64,000 nt of DNA, taken from contig CAWDEM010000004.1 of assembly GCA_963801355.1 (NCBI GenBank), forward strand, positions 64,001-128,000, read 5' to 3'. The translations under genes were made by a program, and so were the position numbers. Under the pieces are notes generated by a model. That model ran no database searches. It was not told the origin of the DNA and worked only from the letters and a program-made list of their open reading frames with translations. Positions 61,497 through 64,000 of the stretch are shown here, piece by piece (position 1 is the first letter of the stretch; each line of letters begins with the position of its first letter). The stretch is from Ignavibacteriota bacterium. GTDB taxonomy: Bacteria > Bacteroidota > Ignavibacteria > UBA10030 > UBA6906.

Positions 61497-62477
61497 ATGG
61501 CCCGGTTACGGTACATACTCGCTTCCGTTTGCATCGCACTGCTCGTCCTCTTCCTTTCATCCTGCACCAGGAAGGCCGAGGGCCCGGTCCCTTACCGCAT
61601 AGCGGGGATTGTCTTTCAGGAAGACCAATTCTTCCGTCTGGTCCTCTTCGGCATGCGCGAAGCCGCCCGACAGGAGGGCGTCGTGTTGCTCGAAGCCAAC
61701 AGTGCAGGCAGGCCCGACAAGGAGATACAACTTGTCAACACGTATATCGCACAGAGTGTCGACGCCATCGTGATTTCACCTCTGAGCGCGACAGCTTCAC
61801 TCTCCGCATTGCAGCGCGCACACGCCGGTGGCATCACTGTCGTCACATATAACACGACGGTGGATGATACGATCCCTGTCGCTTACATCGAAAGCGACCA
61901 GACCGATCTGGGAGCATCCACGGGCCGGGCCGCACGCGCCTTCATCCAGACACACTTTAACGGGAAGGCGCGCATTGCTCTTCTTGCGTTTGATTCACAG
62001 GCGCCCGAACAGAGCAAGCAGCGCATCGCCGGATTCACACAGGAAGTCACCGCCCTTCCCGGCGTGCGCATTGTCTCCCGACAGGATGCCTGGTTGGCCG
62101 AACAGGCAGTGAAAAAGGCCGGCGACATTCTGACCGCGAATCCGGACATCAATCTGATCTGGGCAGCCAACGAAGGGGGGACCGTGGGAGCGGTGATGGC
62201 TGTGAACAACGCAGGCAAAGCCGGGAAGATCGTCGTCTTTGGCACCGATACCGGCACGCAGCTGGCTGATTTCCTTCTCGACGATACTGATATCCTGCAG
62301 GCTGTCACAGGACAGCAGCCTTTTGAAATCGGCTCGCTCGCACTCCATACTGCACTCGATGCCGTCCGGGGGAAGAAAGTGGACAAACGGATTTCCCTTC
62401 CGGGAGTTCTTCTCTCCCGCGCGTCTCCTGACTCCGTGCGAGCGTTTCGCCGGCGCCTGCAGACATTGACCCAATAG
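61497..62477 (+). CDS. Sugar ABC transporter substrate-binding lipoprotein (RbsB-like)
   Basis: LSS-C lipobox, FF..V..G, VDAIVISP, RIAGF, WAANE and QQPFEIG. Confidence 0.88.
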   Translation: MARLRYILASVCIALLVLFLSSCTRKAEGPVPYRIAGIVFQEDQFFRLVLFGMREAARQEGVVLLEANSAGRPDKEIQLVNTYIAQSVDAIVISPLSATASLSALQRAHAGGITVVTYNTTVDDTIPVAYIESDQTDLGASTGRAARAFIQTHFNGKARIALLAFDSQAPEQSKQRIAGFTQEVTALPGVRIVSRQDAWLAEQAVKKAGDILTANPDINLIWAANEGGTVGAVMAVNNAGKAGKIVVFGTDTGTQLADFLLDDTDILQAVTGQQPFEIGSLALHTALDAVRGKKVDKRISLPGVLLSRASPDSVRAFRRRLQTLTQ

Positions 62478-62487
62478 GGGCACCGGC

Positions 62488-63981
62488 ATGCGCATCGCCA
62501 CTCTTGAGCTTGACGGTATCCGCAAAGTTTTTCCGGGCACAACTGCACTTGACGGCGTCACGGTACGCTGGGAAGCGGGTTACGTCCACGCATTGATCGG
62601 CCGGAACGGCGCGGGCAAGAGCACGCTCGTCAATATCATCACCGGGGCACTTGCGCAAACCAGTGGCAGTGTCCGCCTTAACGGTGCCGTGGTGAATTTC
62701 CATTCGCCCGCCGACGCACGACGTTCCGGCATTGCCGCAGTTCATCAGGAACTCAGCCTTATCCCCGAGCTTGACGTCGCGGAGAATATCCTGCTTGGCC
62801 GCCTTCCGCGAAAGCCCGGAGTTTTCCCCGGCCGCGTTGATTGGCCGAACGCGTACCGGCAGGCGGAAGAACTCCTCGCACGGCTGAATGTGCACATTGA
62901 TCCCGCTGCCAGGGTCGGCTCGCTGTCAATGGCACAACAGCAACTGGTGGAGATCGCCAAAGCCATGGCGGATGACCCGTCGATTCTGCTTCTCGATGAG
63001 CCGACATCCGCCCTGTCGCGCCAGGAAGCAGACCATGTGTTCGACCTCATCCGGAGTCTCACCAGGCGCGGAGTCCTCATTCTCTATATCACACACCGCT
63101 TGCAGGAAATCGGCCGCATTGCAGACACGGTCACTGCGCTCCGCGACGGCATTTCGACACCCACCATCCCGATTGCCCAAGCCACACCCGATGTCATTGT
63201 CACAATGATGTTCGGGCAGAACATACGTTTCTCCCGCATGGTCGGGACGCCCGCAGCATGTCCGCCGGTTATGGAAGTGCGGGCACTTTCGAGGGCCAAC
63301 GCATTCCATGACGTCAGCTTCACACTCCAGAAGGGCGAAGTTCTTGGTATCGCGGGATTGCTTGGGTCGGGCCGGACCGAACTTCTGAGGTCACTCGCAG
63401 GTGCCGACATTCCTTCGGGTGGCACTGTTCTCCTCGAAGGAGAATCTGTGTATCCACGCTCCCCCGCGCAGATGAAACGGTTGGGCGTCGTACTTATACC
63501 GGAAAACCGCAAAGACCAGGGGCTCGTGCAAATGTTGTCGGTGCGTTCCAACATCTGTCTTGCAAGCCTTGACCGCATTGCGACGCACGGCTTCACCACG
63601 CGAAGGCGCGAGATGAACGCTGTTCGCTCCACTATCGGTGATTTGGGCATCGTAGTACCAGACCCGGAATTTTCCGTCTCATCGCTCAGCGGCGGCAATC
63701 AACAGAAGGTGGTCCTGGGGAAATGGCTGAACACGCAGCCCCGCATCATGCTCTTCGATGAACCCACGCGCGGCATTGACCTTCACGCAAAGCTGCAGAT
63801 CTTCCGGCTTGTCGTCCGGCTGAGTACACAGGGAATATCCTCGCTCATTGTCTCCAGTGAGCTCGAGGAGTTGATGTATATCTGCCACCGCATTCTTATC
63901 ATGAAAGACGGTCGCATGAGCGGCGTCTGCGATCCGGCCGTAACCTCTCTTGATGAATTGTTCGGACTGTGCATGCAATGA
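62488..63981 (+). CDS. Sugar ABC transporter ATP-binding protein (RbsA/MglA-like, two NBDs)
   Basis: GRNGAGKST, LDEPTSAL, GSGRTE, LSGGNQQKV, DEPTRGID and SSELEE. Confidence 0.93.
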   Translation: MRIATLELDGIRKVFPGTTALDGVTVRWEAGYVHALIGRNGAGKSTLVNIITGALAQTSGSVRLNGAVVNFHSPADARRSGIAAVHQELSLIPELDVAENILLGRLPRKPGVFPGRVDWPNAYRQAEELLARLNVHIDPAARVGSLSMAQQQLVEIAKAMADDPSILLLDEPTSALSRQEADHVFDLIRSLTRRGVLILYITHRLQEIGRIADTVTALRDGISTPTIPIAQATPDVIVTMMFGQNIRFSRMVGTPAACPPVMEVRALSRANAFHDVSFTLQKGEVLGIAGLLGSGRTELLRSLAGADIPSGGTVLLEGESVYPRSPAQMKRLGVVLIPENRKDQGLVQMLSVRSNICLASLDRIATHGFTTRRREMNAVRSTIGDLGIVVPDPEFSVSSLSGGNQQKVVLGKWLNTQPRIMLFDEPTRGIDLHAKLQIFRLVVRLSTQGISSLIVSSELEELMYICHRILIMKDGRMSGVCDPAVTSLDELFGLCMQ

Positions 63982-64000
63982 ACTGGACCAGACATCTTCG
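63978..64000 (+). CDS. Start of the probable sugar ABC permease (truncated by the window edge)
   Basis: ATGA overlap with the ATPase stop. Only 7 codons are visible, so the identity is inferred from operon order. Confidence 0.4.

Overview
Gene-dense, GC-rich (roughly 60% by eye) bacterial chromosome segment. It most likely comes from an Ignavibacteria-like member of the Bacteroidota/FCB group, inferred from a T9SS C-terminal sorting domain and the miaB-sigma54 ATPase-lptE synteny. Most of it is housekeeping: dcd, maeB, plsC, gatC, kdsB, pyrG, mdh, rplU/rpmA, rsmA, pdxJ, etfBA, rpsT, miaB, pta, anmK and nfo. It also holds a 12-kb surface-glycosylation locus with two YfhO-type GT-C genes, a Zn/Mn ABC uptake operon and the start of a sugar ABC operon. 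I saw no rRNA, tRNA, CRISPR array, transposase or prophage gene. The strongest signal is a His/CxxC-rich leader ORF (56467-56850, minus strand) ending in the ribosome-arrest-type motif RGPP. Its Gly-Pro-Pro codons are the exact 7-nt complement of the Shine-Dalgarno of the downstream metal-uptake operon, and a 9-bp hairpin holds its stop codon, making it a candidate metal-sensing nascent-peptide translational switch. Other notable items are: an orphan pair of microcompartment shell genes with their own promoter and operator-like palindrome, one fused to a Rho-N/HeH-like domain; a DUF362 protein carrying both a Tat signal and a T9SS CTD; a FadR-like operator pair at maeB/plsC; and several families of short intergenic repeats. 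Four genes in the first 16 kb are broken by single-base insertions, probably sequencing errors. All product calls come from motif recognition by eye; no database search was run.
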